A stretch of DNA of 64,000 bases. Origin: the human T2T-CHM13v2.0 reference genome, Homo sapiens. The notes beneath the pieces were generated by a model. It saw nothing but the letters and a program-made list of their open reading frames with translations, ran no database searches and was not told where the DNA came from. The DNA lies in assembly GCF_009914755.1 (NCBI RefSeq), contig NC_060932.1. The stretch is one strand, 5' to 3'. The translations under genes and the position numbers were made by a program. The stretch's first letter is position 1, and every line of letters starts with the position of its first letter. This document shows, piece after piece, positions 25,800 through 41,844 of the stretch.

Positions 25800-26610
25800 T
25801 ATATCAAAAAGACAGAAAATAACAGATGCTGGCAAGGATGGGGAGAAAAGGGGAATGCTAATACACTGCTGGTGGAAATATAAATTAGTACAACCACTAT
25901 GGAAAACTGCGTGGAGGTTCCTCAAAAAATGAAAAATAGAACTACTATATGATCCAGCTGCTGGGAACATATCCAAAAAAAAGGAAATCAGTAAATCAAA
26001 GAGATACTTAAACTCCTATATTTACTGCAACACCATTTCACAATAGCCAAGGTATGGAATCGACCCAAGTGTCTGTCAATGGATCAATGAATAAAGAAAA
26101 TGTGGTATATATACACAATAAAATATTATTCAGCCAAAAAAAAGAATGAAATATTGTCATTTGTAGCAATGTAGGTGGAATTGGAGAACATTATGCTAGG
26201 TGAACTAAGCCAGACACAGAAAGACAAATACCACATGTTCTCACTTATATGTGGAATCTAAAGCAATCAAACTCATAGAAGTGGAGAGTAGATGGTGGTT
26301 ACCAGAGCTGGGAAGGGGAGGAGTATGAAAGGAGGCTGGTTAATAGGTACAAAAACACACTTAGATAGAAGTAATAAGTTCTAGTGTTTGATAGCACAGT
26401 AGGGTGACTATAGTTAACAATAATTTATTATATATTTCAAAATCATTAGAAGAGAAGATTTGAAATGTTCCCAACACAAAGAAATGATAAATGTTTGAGG
26501 TGATGAATATCCTAATTATTCTGGTTTGATCATTACACATCGTATACCCGTATCAAAATATCACATGTACCCCATAAATATTTAAAATTATTATGTATCA
26601 ATAAAAAAGA
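25800..26610 (+). mobile_element. L1MA-type 3' end inserted in an older reverse L1M (25250-25790, 26610-26670)
   Basis: aaaatagaactactatatgatccagc, tagatagaagtaataagttctagtgtttgatagcacagtagggtgac and terminal tatgtatcaataaaaaa. Confidence 0.85.
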
Positions 26611-26674
26611 AACTGACAAACTGTTTTCGAAATTGCATTTCAACAGCAATATATGAGAGTTGTGGTTATTCTTT

Positions 26675-28325
26675 TTAAAATTGTATTGTAAATTGATAAG
26701 TTATAATCATACATATCTATGGGATACAAAGTGATTAATGTATTATGATTTATGAATACAATGTAGAATATTAAATCAAACTAATTAGCATATCCATTAC
26801 CTCAAATACTTATTTTTTGTGGTGAGAACATTTGAAATTTACTCTCTTAGCAATTTTGAAATGTATAATACACTATTATTAACTATATTTGCCTCAACAT
26901 GCAACAATAGATCTCAAAAGGAAAACTTATTCCTCCTAAGACTTCATATTCTTTGATTGTCATTTCCCCATTCCCACCCCCAACCTTGATAACCACCATT
27001 CAGTTCTCTGCTTTTAGGAGTCTGATTGTTTTAGGTTCTAAATGTAAGTGAGAACATGCAGATTTTGTCCTTCTGTGCTTGGCATATTTCACTTAGCATA
27101 ATGTTTTCCAAATCCATCCATGTTGTCACAAATGACAGGATTTCCTTCTTTTTAAAGGCTGTATAGTATCCTATTATGTATATACTTGTATAGCACATTT
27201 TCTTTATCCATCTCTGTTGATGGACGTTTTGGTTGATTTCATGTTTTGGCTATTGTGAATAGTGCTGCAATGAACATGGGGGTACAAACATCTCTTAAAC
27301 AAGTTAATTTCAAATAGTTTGGGTAAATACCCAGAAGTGAGTTTGCTGGGCTATATGGTAATTCTATTTTTAGTTTTTAAAGGAAACTCCATATAGTTTT
27401 CCATGATTGTACTAATTTATATTCCCACCAACAATGTACAAGGGTCCCCTTTTTTTCACTTCTTTGCCAATATTTTTTTTTGTCTTTTTGATAATAGCCA
27501 TTCTGATAGGTGTAAGGTGATACCTCACTGTGGTTTTAATTTGCATTTCCCTAATGATTAGCAATGTTGAACATTTTTTCATATTGCTATTGGCTATTTG
27601 TATGTCTTCTTTTGAGAAATGTCTATTCAGGCCCCTTGCTCATTTTAAAATCACATTATTTGTCTTCTTGCTATTGAGTTGTTTGAGTTCTTTATATATT
27701 TTAGATATGAATTTCTAATAGATGTACGGCTCTCAAATATTTTCTCCTAATCCATAGATTGTCTCTTCATACTGCTGTTTCCTGGGCTGTGTAGAAGCTT
27801 TATAGTTTGATGCAATCCCATTTCCTTATTTTTGCTTTTGTTGCCTGTACTTTGGGGGTCAAATCCAAAAACTCATTGACCAGACCAATGTCATGTAGTT
27901 TTTCTCCTATGTTTTCTTCTAGTAGTTTTATAGTTTCAAGACTTATGCTTAAGTCTTTAATTCCTTTTGAGCTGGTTTTTGTATATGGTATGAGATAAAG
28001 GTCCAATTTAATTCTTCTTTATGTGTATATCCATTTTTCCTAATACCATTTATTGAAGGGACTATCCTTTGCCTATTGTGTATTCTTAGCACCTTTGTCA
28101 AAAATCAATTGACGGTACATATATAGGTTCATTTTTGGCTCCCCATTCTGTTCCACTGATCAGTGTGTCTATTTTTATGCCAGTACCTTGCTGTTTGAAT
28201 TATTACTTTGTGGCATAGATTGAAAGCAGATCGTGTGAAGCCTCTAGCTTTGTTCTTTTTGCTCATGATTGCCTTGCCTAGTCAGGGTTTTTTATTTGTG
28301 TGTGGTTGTAAATGAATTTTCTTTA
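26675..28325 (-). mobile_element. L1MA-type element, 3' ~1.6 kb
   Basis: gtggtgagaacatttgaaatttactctcttagcaattttgaaat. ORF-track peptide 27800-28006 is ORF2-like (YLIPYTK...KWDCIKL). Confidence 0.85.
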
Positions 28326-28581
28326 CCTTTGTGTTGTGCATTCTTCATTCTGAGACCCAAGTGTCCTTGTGATATGATTAGCCATCATCCAGAAAAACTT
28401 ATAACCCTCATACATTACTAGTGAGATTGAAAAATGGTGTAGCCACTTTGCAAAAGTATTTATTAGTTCCTCAAAATGTTAAACATAGAGTTACGATATG
28501 ACCCAGTATTCCACTCCTAGGTATATAAAAAGAAATGAAAGTATGTGTATTAATCAGGATCCACCAGAGGGACAGAACTAA

Positions 28582-29070
28582 TCAGCTACATGAAAGGGAG
28601 TTTATTAAGAAAAATTGGCAGCTGGAGCCAAGATGGCCGAATAGGAAACGCTCCGGTCTACAGCTCCCAGTGTGAGCGACGCAGAAGACGGGTGATTTCT
28701 GTATTTCCATCTGAGGTACCGGGTTCATCTCACTAGGGAGTGCCAGACAGAGGGCGCAGGACAGTGGGTGCAGTGCACCAAACGCAAGCCGAAGCAGGGA
28801 GAGGCATTGCCTCACTCGGGAAGCACAAGGGGTCAGGGAGTTCCCTTTCCTAGTCAAGGAAAGGGGTGACAGACGGCACCTGGAAAATCGGGTCACTCCC
28901 ACCCCAATACTGCGCTTTTCCCACGGGCTTAAAAAACGGCGCACCAGGAGATTATATCCTGCACCTGGCTTGGAGGGTCCTACGCCCACGGAGTCTCGCT
29001 GATTGTTAGCACAGCAGTCTGAGATCAAACTGCAAGACAGCAGTGAGGCTGGGGGAGGGGCGCCCACCAT
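28582..29070 (-). CDS. L1 antisense ORF0, extended (162 aa, MVGAPPPASLLSCSLISDCC...)
   Basis: ATG at 29070. N-terminus matches primate L1 ORF0, and the frame stays open through the L1 5' end to a stop at 28582-28584. Expression unknown. Confidence 0.4.
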   Translation of the reverse strand: MVGAPPPASLLSCSLISDCCANNQRDSVGVGPSKPGAGYNLLVRRFLSPWEKRSIGVGVTRFSRCRLSPLSLTRKGNSLTPCASRVRQCLSLLRLAFGALHPLSCALCLALPSEMNPVPQMEIQKSPVFCVAHTGSCRPERFLFGHLGSSCQFFLINSLSCS

Positions 29071-29652
29071 TGCCCAGGCTTGCTTAGGTAAACAAAGCAG
29101 CCAGGAAGCTCGAACTGGGTGGAGCCCACCACAGCTCAAGGAGGCCGGCCTGCCTCTGTAGGCTCCACCTCTGGGGGCAGGGCACAGACAAACAAAAAGA
29201 CAGCAGTAACCTCTGCAGACTTAAATGTCCCTGTCTGACAGCTTTGAAGAGAGCAGTAGTTCTCCCAGAGCGCAGCTGGAGATTTGAGAACGGGCAGACT
29301 GCCTCCTCAAGTGGGCCCTGACCCCTGACCCCCAAGCAGCCTAACTGGGAGGCACCCCCCAGTAGGGGCAGACTGACACCTCACACGGCCGGGTACTCCT
29401 CTGAGACAAAACTTCCAGAGGAACGTTCAGACAGCAGCATTCGCGGTTCACGAAAATCCACTGTTCTGCAGCCACTACTGCTGGTACCCAGGCAAACAGG
29501 GTCTGGAGTGGACCTCTAGCAAACTCCAACAGACCTGCAGCTGAGGGTCCTGTCTGTTAGAAGGAAAACTAACAAACAGAAAGGACATCCACACCAAAAA
29601 CCCATCTGTACATCACCATCATCAAAGACCAAAAGTAGATAAAACCACAAAG

Positions 29653-30669
29653 ATGGGGAAAAAGCAGAGCAGAAAAACTGGAAACTCTAAAAAGTAGAGC
29701 GCCTCTCCTCCTCCAAAGGAACGCAGCTCCTCACCAGCAATGGAACAAAGCTGGATGGAGAATGACTTTGACAAGTTGAGAGAAGAAGGCTTCAGACGAT
29801 CAAACTACTCCGAGCTACAGGAGGAAATTCAAACCAAAGGCAAAGAAGTTGAAAACTTTGAAAAAAATTTAGACGAATGTATAACTAGAATAACCAATAC
29901 AGAGAAGTGCTTAAAGGAGCTGATGGACCTGAAAGCCAAGGCTCGAGAACTACGTGAAGAATGCAGAAGCCTCAGGAGCCGATGCGATCAACTGGAATAA
30001 AGGGTATCAGTGATGGAAGATGAAATGAATGAAATGAAGTGAGAAGGGAAGTTTAGAGAAAAAAGAATAAAAAGAAACGAATAAAGTCTCCAAGAAATAT
30101 GGGACTATGTGAAAAGACCAAATCTACGTCTGATTGGTGTACCTGAAAGTGATGGGGAGAATGGAACCAAGTTGGAAAACACTCTGCAGGATATAATCCA
30201 GGGGAACTTCCCCAATCTAGCAAGGCAAGCCAACATTCAGATCCAGGAAATACAGAGAACACCACAAAGATACTCCTCGAGAAGAGCAACTCCAAGACAC
30301 ATAATTGTCAGATTCACCAAAGTTGAAATGAAGGAAAAAATGTTAAGGGCAGCGAGAGAGAAAGGTCGGGTTACCCACAAAGGGAAGCCCATCAGACTAA
30401 CAGCTGATCTCTCGGCAGAAACTCTACAAGCCAGAAGAGAGTGGGGGCCAATATTCAACATTCTTAAAGAAAAAAATTTTCAACCCAGAATTTCATATCC
30501 AGCCAAACTAACCTTCATAAGTGAAGGAGAAATAAAATACTTTACAGACAAGCAAATGCTGAGAGATTTTGTCACCACCAGGCCTGCCCTAAAAGAGCTC
30601 CTGAAGGAAGCACTAAACATGGAAAGGAACAACCAGTACCAGCCACTGCAAAATCATGCCAAATTGTAA
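29653..30669 (+). pseudogene. L1 ORF1p, disrupted
   Basis: ATG GGG AAA AAG CAG start with in-frame stops at 29695, 29998, 30040 and 30082. C-terminal RRM/CTD peptide intact in track (30109-30669). Confidence 0.93.
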
Positions 30670-30732
30670 AGACCATCAAGGCGAGGAAGAAACTGCATCA
30701 ACTAACGAGCAAAATAACCAGCTAACATCATA

Positions 30733-34559
<3,827 letters not shown>

Positions 34560-35879
34560 ACAGTGAGAACACATGGACACAGGAAGGGGAACATCACACT
34601 CTGGGGACTGTTGTGGGGTCGGGGGAGGGGGGAGGGATAGCTTTAGGAGATATACCTAATGCTAAATGACGAGTTAGTGGGTGCAGCACACCAGCATGGC
34701 ACATGTATACATATGTAACTAACCTGCACATTGTGCACATGTACCCTAAAACTTAAAGTATAATAATAATAAAATAAAATAAAATAAAATAAAATAAAAA
34801 TTGGCTCACATGAGCACAAGGAGAAGTCCTGCGATAGGCTGTCTGCAAGCTGGGGAAGAAGGCAGTAGAGGCTCAGTCTGAGTCCAAAAGCCTCAAAAGC
34901 AGGGAAGCTGACAGTGCAGCCTTCAGTCTCTGGCCGAAGGCCTGAGAGCCCCCGGCAAACCATTAATATCAATCCAAGAGCCCAAAGGCCAAAGAACCTG
35001 GAGTCTGATGTCTAAGGGCAGGAGGAAGGGAAGGAAGCACCCAGCACAGGGAAAAAGATGAAAGCCAGAAGACTCAGCAAGCCAGCTTATCCCACCTTCT
35101 TCCACCTGTTTTGTTTTAGCTGCACTGGTAGCGGATTGGATGGTGCCCGCCCACATTGCAGGTGGGTCTTCCTCTCCCAGTCCACTGACTCAAATGTCAA
35201 TCTCCTCTGGCAACATCCTGAAAAACACACCCAGAAACAATACTTTATCAGCTATCTAGACATCCTTCAGTCCAATCAAGTTGACACCTAATATTAACCA
35301 TCACAGCATATATCCACACAAAAACTTGAACGTAAGTGTTCACAACAACATTATTCATAATAGCCAAAAAGTGGAAACGAATTAAATTTCTATCAACTAA
35401 CGTATGGATAAACAAAATGTGGTATATCCATACAATGGAATATAATCTGGCTATAAAAAAATGAAGTACTGATATATGCTACGATATGGATGAACCTTAA
35501 GAACATTATGCTAAGTGAAAGAAGCCAGTCACAAAACACCACATATTGTATGATTCCATTTATATGGATGGAATGTCTTGGACAGGCAAATCCATAGAGA
35601 CAGAAAGTAAATTAGCAGTTTCCTAGGGATGAAGGGGAAATGGAGAATAACAGCTGTGGCTATTGGATTTCTTGTTGGGGAGATGAAAGTGTTCTAAAAT
35701 GGACTGTGGTGATGATTGCACAACTCTGAATATATTAAAAACCACTGAATAACACACTTTAAGTGGGTGAATTGTTTGGTATGTGAAATATAGCTCAGTA
35801 ATGCTGTTTTCAAAAAACATGTAAATAACTATAAAAAAGCATTTTCAAACTATACACTCCTGTTCACTCTAGCTTAAAA

Positions 35880-36040
35880 CAACAATTCTCAGTCTTTAGA
35901 TCCATAGAATCACCTGGGTGTCTTGTTATACTGCAGGTGGTAACTCCTTACCTCTGGATTTGGGCCTGATATTTTGCATTTCTAACAAGTTCCGAGGTAA
36001 TGCTGGTATTTCTTGTCCAGGAATCACACTTAGAGTAGCA
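35880..36040. mobile_element. MER5A-like hAT element
   Basis: agaatcacctgggtgtcttgtta...ttgcatttctaacaagttcc.aggtaatgctg...cacacttagagtagc. Confidence 0.6.
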
Positions 36041-37589
36041 AAGGATGTTTGAGACATTTTCCTCTCAGGATGGCATACCAAAACCTCTGTAACAGGAGAA
36101 AAGGCTTAGGGAGGGGGGCTGATCAGTAGAGAAAGTTCCCAGCTGCTTTTCATATGCTCTCTAAATTGAACATGCCATTTATTAGAGGTTTGAAAACAGC
36201 TGGACTAAAATCTCATCAGAATCACCTGGGAGGATGGAGCTGTGGTGATGGTGAAGCAAGAGAGTTTTCCTGGGCCACAAAATTTCAGTTCCCTATACCA
36301 GAGATCTCTCCCTGGATACACGGGTTAGGAGGGTACTTTGAGTTGCCTCTCTTGAAGAGAGTAAGGGGATGTATCTTCTAGGTGTTTTAGAATTAGTATT
36401 CTTATTAATAAAAAGTACCCTCACCTACCCCATAGACAATTCTGTTGTTCAGATAGATTTGGAGCCCACCAGTGTAGGAGGCTTCTTTGCTCCCTTCTGG
36501 ATCTTAAATTCTATGAGACAAGATCCTTTATTCAGCTCAAACATTTACTCTGTTTTCTGTATGACATGCATAATTTAGGGCCCTCTATCTATAGGAATCG
36601 AAGCTTAGTACATACTTCACCAATCATAAGGTCTACTGAGAGAGACTCACACATAAGCCTATGTTACATTGCAGGGAAAATGCTCTAATATTCGTATGAA
36701 CTTGCTTCTACTTATTCTTAATTTCCTAATCCTTCAAGGAGAGGAGATCTGCACCCTGAGCTCTAGCTGAATCCATGGTGCCTTAGATCAAAGCTACATC
36801 CCTCATAGCCACATAAAAGCCAATCTTTGCTGAATTTTGCCCACAGAAGAGTCTTCCTCTTATGAAACCTCAGAATTTGTAGACTCCCTTTGAGATAATT
36901 TAAGCCTAACATCTTAATGAAGACTTTGGAATTTCCCTTTAGATCTCTTCTTTCCCCTTCAGTTTACAGGCTCTATAAAAGGAACCTATTGCTTTTAAAT
37001 GTCTCTTCCTTTATCTCCATTCAAGGATGATCATATCTCTACATCCTACATCTAGATTATGTTTTTTTCCTACTACATGTGTATTTAATAATATCTCTTC
37101 GTCTGATTATAGCTCATGCTTGCTAGCTAAGGATACGCTGACATACCCCACCAAAGTCACAACTTCAGTATGTGGAGGGGAGTAGAGAGGTTTTCATTAA
37201 AATGGATTGTCCACTGTCATAGCACAGTACTACTTCAGTACTACTCTTCATCTCCAAAGTATGGATGTGAAGAAGCAGACCAGTAATGTTGGCAGTGACA
37301 GTTGATCAGTTATCTTCCAACTTCCAGTGTGTCCACTGATCATTTTATCATCTTTGCAGTTCATCTTACAAGCCTTCAAAACATTCTCTAGGTATCTTGT
37401 ATGTGGCACTCAGAACAAAGTGCAGTTCTCTGCAAAGATCCTTCTGACAGGCAGCTGAAGGTCCTGGGCACCAACCTTGAGGCCATCGCAGTATGCTGGA
37501 GTCTTGAGAGCTGATTGTTGAGTAGTCAGGAATTTTGTGTCCAACTTTAAAAAAATTGAAATCATACAAAATATGTTCTCTGAGCATAA

Positions 37590-37966
<377 letters not shown>

Positions 37967-38054
37967 TAAGTCTCCCAATATTCAGAAATTAAACAACACA
38001 TTTATAAATTACCTATTGGTTAAAGAAGTTTAAAGGGAAGTTAGAAATGTTTTG

Positions 38055-39532
38055 AGGGAGGGGTATTGATATCTCTGACTGTAATTGTGAATTTGTCTAT
38101 TTGTCCTTGAAGTTCTCTCATGTATTTTGCTTCATGCATTTTGAAGCTCTGTTATTAGGTGCATAGACATTTAAAATGTTTATGTTCTCTAATTGACCAG
38201 TGTGTCATGATGAAATGATCCTCATTACTCCTAGTAATAGTCTTTGCTCTGAATCTACTTTGTCCAATATTAATGTAGTCACTCCAGCTTTGTTTTATTA
38301 GTAGTAGCATCATATATTTTTAATCTTTTTACTTTTAGCAAATTTGTATTATTATATTTAAATTTGGTTTATTTTAAGCAGGATACCATTGAGTTTTGCC
38401 TTTTTATCCTGTCCGACAATCTCTGCCTTTTAATTAATGCTTAGATCATTTCCATTTAATATGATTACAGATATGTGTGGGTTTAAATCTACCATTTTGT
38501 TCCTTGTTTATTATTTGTCACCTCAGTTCCTATTTTGTTGTTTTCTGCCTCTTTATTTTTTATTATTCCATTTTATTTTCTTTGTTGACTCATTAGCTAC
38601 ACCTTCTTTTATTTTATATGATTGCTTTTGTGATTTTAGTGATGGCTTTAGTTATTTTGTTACTGAATGCCTTTTTTAGTGATGACTCTATCATAGTAAT
38701 AATATGCCCTCAATTAATAATAATATACACTCAAGTAGTAATATACCACTTCACATATTGCGTAACATTACAACAATGCAGTTATATTTCCCCTTCTCAG
38801 CCTTTGTACTGTTTTTATACATTTTACTTTTACATATGTTATAAACCACACAACCTAATGGCATTATTTTTGTTTAAAATGGTCACTTATATTTTAAGAT
38901 ATTTAAAAAATAAGAAAAATATATCTGATATGTACCCACATATTTTCCATTTCTGGTATTCTTCAGTCCTTTAAATAGATCCAGATTTCCATTTGGTATC
39001 ATTTGCCTTCACCTGAAGTACTTCCTTTAACACTTTCTGCAGCAAGTTTGCTATTAATACATTCTTTCACAGTTTATATGTCTGAAAAAGTCTTTATTTT
39101 GCTTTCATTTTTGACATTAATTTTTGCTATGTATAAAATTCTATTGTCAAAATGGTTGACAGTTTTTCTTTTAGTACTTTAAAGATGATCCACTGTCTTC
39201 TGCTTGCATTATTTCCAACAGGAAGTCTGCTCTCATACTTGTTCTATCCATTGTGTGTCTTTTTTTTTTCTGGCTAATTTTAAGGTATTTCTTTTAATCA
39301 GTAGTTTCAAGAAACTTAAGATGTGCCATCGTGTAGTTTTCCTCAGGTTTCTTGTATGTGAGGTTTATTTAGTTTTTTCAATCTGTAAGTTTTTCATCAA
39401 ATTTGAAAAACTTTTAGTCATTCGTTTTTCAATATCGTACTCAACCACACACACACACCTCTACTTTGAGGACTCAAAATACACATGTATTAGGCTACTT
39501 AAAGTTGTCCCACAGTTCACTGATGGCTCTGT

Positions 39533-39571
<39 letters not shown>

Positions 39572-40660
39572 TTTTGGTCAGTGTTTTTTCTGTGTTTTGC
39601 TTTATTTTCTATTGCTATGTCTTCAGGTTCAGTAATCTTTTCTTCTACAGTGTCTAATCTGTTTTAATCCTGTCCAATGTATCTCTCATCTCTAAAATTT
39701 CACTTTGAGTCTTCATATATTTTCTGTGTCTCTCCTTGACATGAATACTTTTCTTCTATATTCTTGAACATACTGGAATATATTTATAATGATTACTTCG
39801 ATATACTTGTCTACTAATTCTATTACCTTCATCATTTCTAGGTCTGTTTGTATAGTTTAATTTTTATCCTCATTGTAAATTATGTTTTCCTTCTCCTTTG
39901 CATATGCCTGAAAATTTTTATTGGATGCCAGACATTGTGAATTTTACTATTCTGGGTTATAGGTATCTTTAAATTCCTTTAAATAGTCTGGAGTTTTAAG
40001 TAACTTGGTAACAGTTTGATCCTCTTAAGCTATGTTTGGCAGGACAAGAGAAGTATTTATTCCAGGCCTAATTTTTTCTCTACTACCAAGGCTAACACTT
40101 TTAACTACCCTGCCCAAAGCCCTGTGTATTGCAAGGTTTTTCCACCCTGGCTTGGGGCAACATGAATTATTTTCATCTCTGTGTGAACTCTAGGGATTGT
40201 TCCACCTGTTTTTCTTCTGGTGGTTCTTTCCCCAGCCTCGTTTTCTTCACATTCGTGCTGTAAGCAATACTTAGCTGAAGTCTCCAGAACTCCGGGAATC
40301 TCTTGAGCTCTCCTTCTGGGAAGCTCTCTTCCCTCAGGCATACTGCCTTAAAAATTCTAGTCGTGTTTTATCCCCTCCTCCCAAATTCTCAACTCTGTCT
40401 CTTCAAGTCAGAGAGAGCTTTGAGCTCCACTTGGGTTCCTCCTCCTTGAGCTTTGGTCTGGAGACTCTCCAGGCAGTAAGCTGGGGTAGATCATAGGTTC
40501 TTTTTGTTTGTTTATCTTCTCTGGGAGATCACTCTCCTGTGCTTTCTGTTCTGTATGTGATAACTGTCATTTTCATATACTTGTGCTTGTTTTTTAGACG
40601 ATTGGGGCAAGAAGGTAAATTTAATCTCTGTTACTTGACTATGGCCAGAAGTGAGAGTCT
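38055..40660 (-). mobile_element. Old L1M (5' region to endonuclease), degenerate
   Basis: tttgaagctctgttattaggtgcata, tctgaaaaagtctttattttg, ttggatgccagacattgtgaatttta. Confidence 0.7.
39532..39574. repeat. (TTTA)n microsatellite
   Basis: Directly visible. Confidence 0.93.
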
Positions 40661-41124
40661 CGTTTATTATTTCAAACTGAAAAAATACTTGCATATGGTT
40701 TTTAAAAAATTAGACAATACAAAAGGGAATATGTTAAAAAGTAGGTCTTCCTTATACCTTATGCCACTAATGCTCCCAATTCCCTAATCCCTTCCTTTTC
40801 AGATGCAGTAACACATTTCTTATAAAATGTTTCATAAATATTCTATGCATCTATTAGCATATGTATGAGAGAATACTATACACAACATTCTGTAGCCCCT
40901 ACTTTCTTATGCTTAACAATATGTCTGGAGATGGTTCCATATGTGTGCACATGGTTCTCTTTATTTTTTATGGCTGCAGAGTCTTTCACTGTATGGCTAT
41001 AATATGATTTATTTAACCAGTTCCTGATTGACGGATATTTAAATGAGTTTCCAGCCCTCTACTATTATAAGCAATGTTATAATGAATACTTTTGTACATA
41101 AATCTTGGGCACATATGACAATAC

Positions 41125-41489
41125 CTTCTCTTAGTCCTTTTGGGCTACTACAACAAAATACCATGGACTGAGTAGCTTATAAACAACAGAAATTTATTTC
41201 TTACAGATCTGGAGATTAAGAGGTCTTGGATAAAATTGCCATCAAATTCAGTGTCTAGTGAGGGCCCATTTCCTGGTTCATAGATGACACTTACTTGCTG
41301 TGTCTTCACATGGTGCGGCAAGAGTTCTCTTATGAGTTCTTTCCATAAGAACATTAATTCCATTCTTGAGGGCTCCATTCTCATTACATAATCACCTCCC
41401 AAAGGCCCCACCTGCTACTACCATCACTTTGGGGATTCAGATTTTACCACATGAATTTTGAGGAGACACAAACATTCAGACCATAGCAT
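41125..41489 (-). mobile_element. MLT1A/MSTD-like MaLR LTR inserted in L1ME
   Basis: ttagtccttttgggctactacaacaaaataccat...aaacaacagaaatttatttc...gacacaaacattcagaccatagca. Confidence 0.8.
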
Positions 41490-41844
41490 ACCTGTAAGAT
41501 AAATTCATAGAATTAGAATTGCTGGATCAAAAGGACTATGCATTTTACAAATAGGATAAGCAGAGTTAAATTGTCCTCAAAAGAGACTGCACCAATTTAC
41601 ATTCCCATCAACAGTGTCATAAGAGAGAGGCTATTTAACTTGGATGTTGCATAAAATAGGAAACAAAAATAGTAAAGATTTGAGTAACGACAGGTTGAGC
41701 TCAGTGTTTCCACAAATCTTAGAAAGTAGGAAGGGGAAACAGAAAGAAAGGAAACAATGAATTTCAGGTTGTGCGATTTAAATCAGGTTATGTTTATGAT
41801 AAAAATGTATAATAGATAATTTTCCCCTTTTAAGTGTTTTTAAA

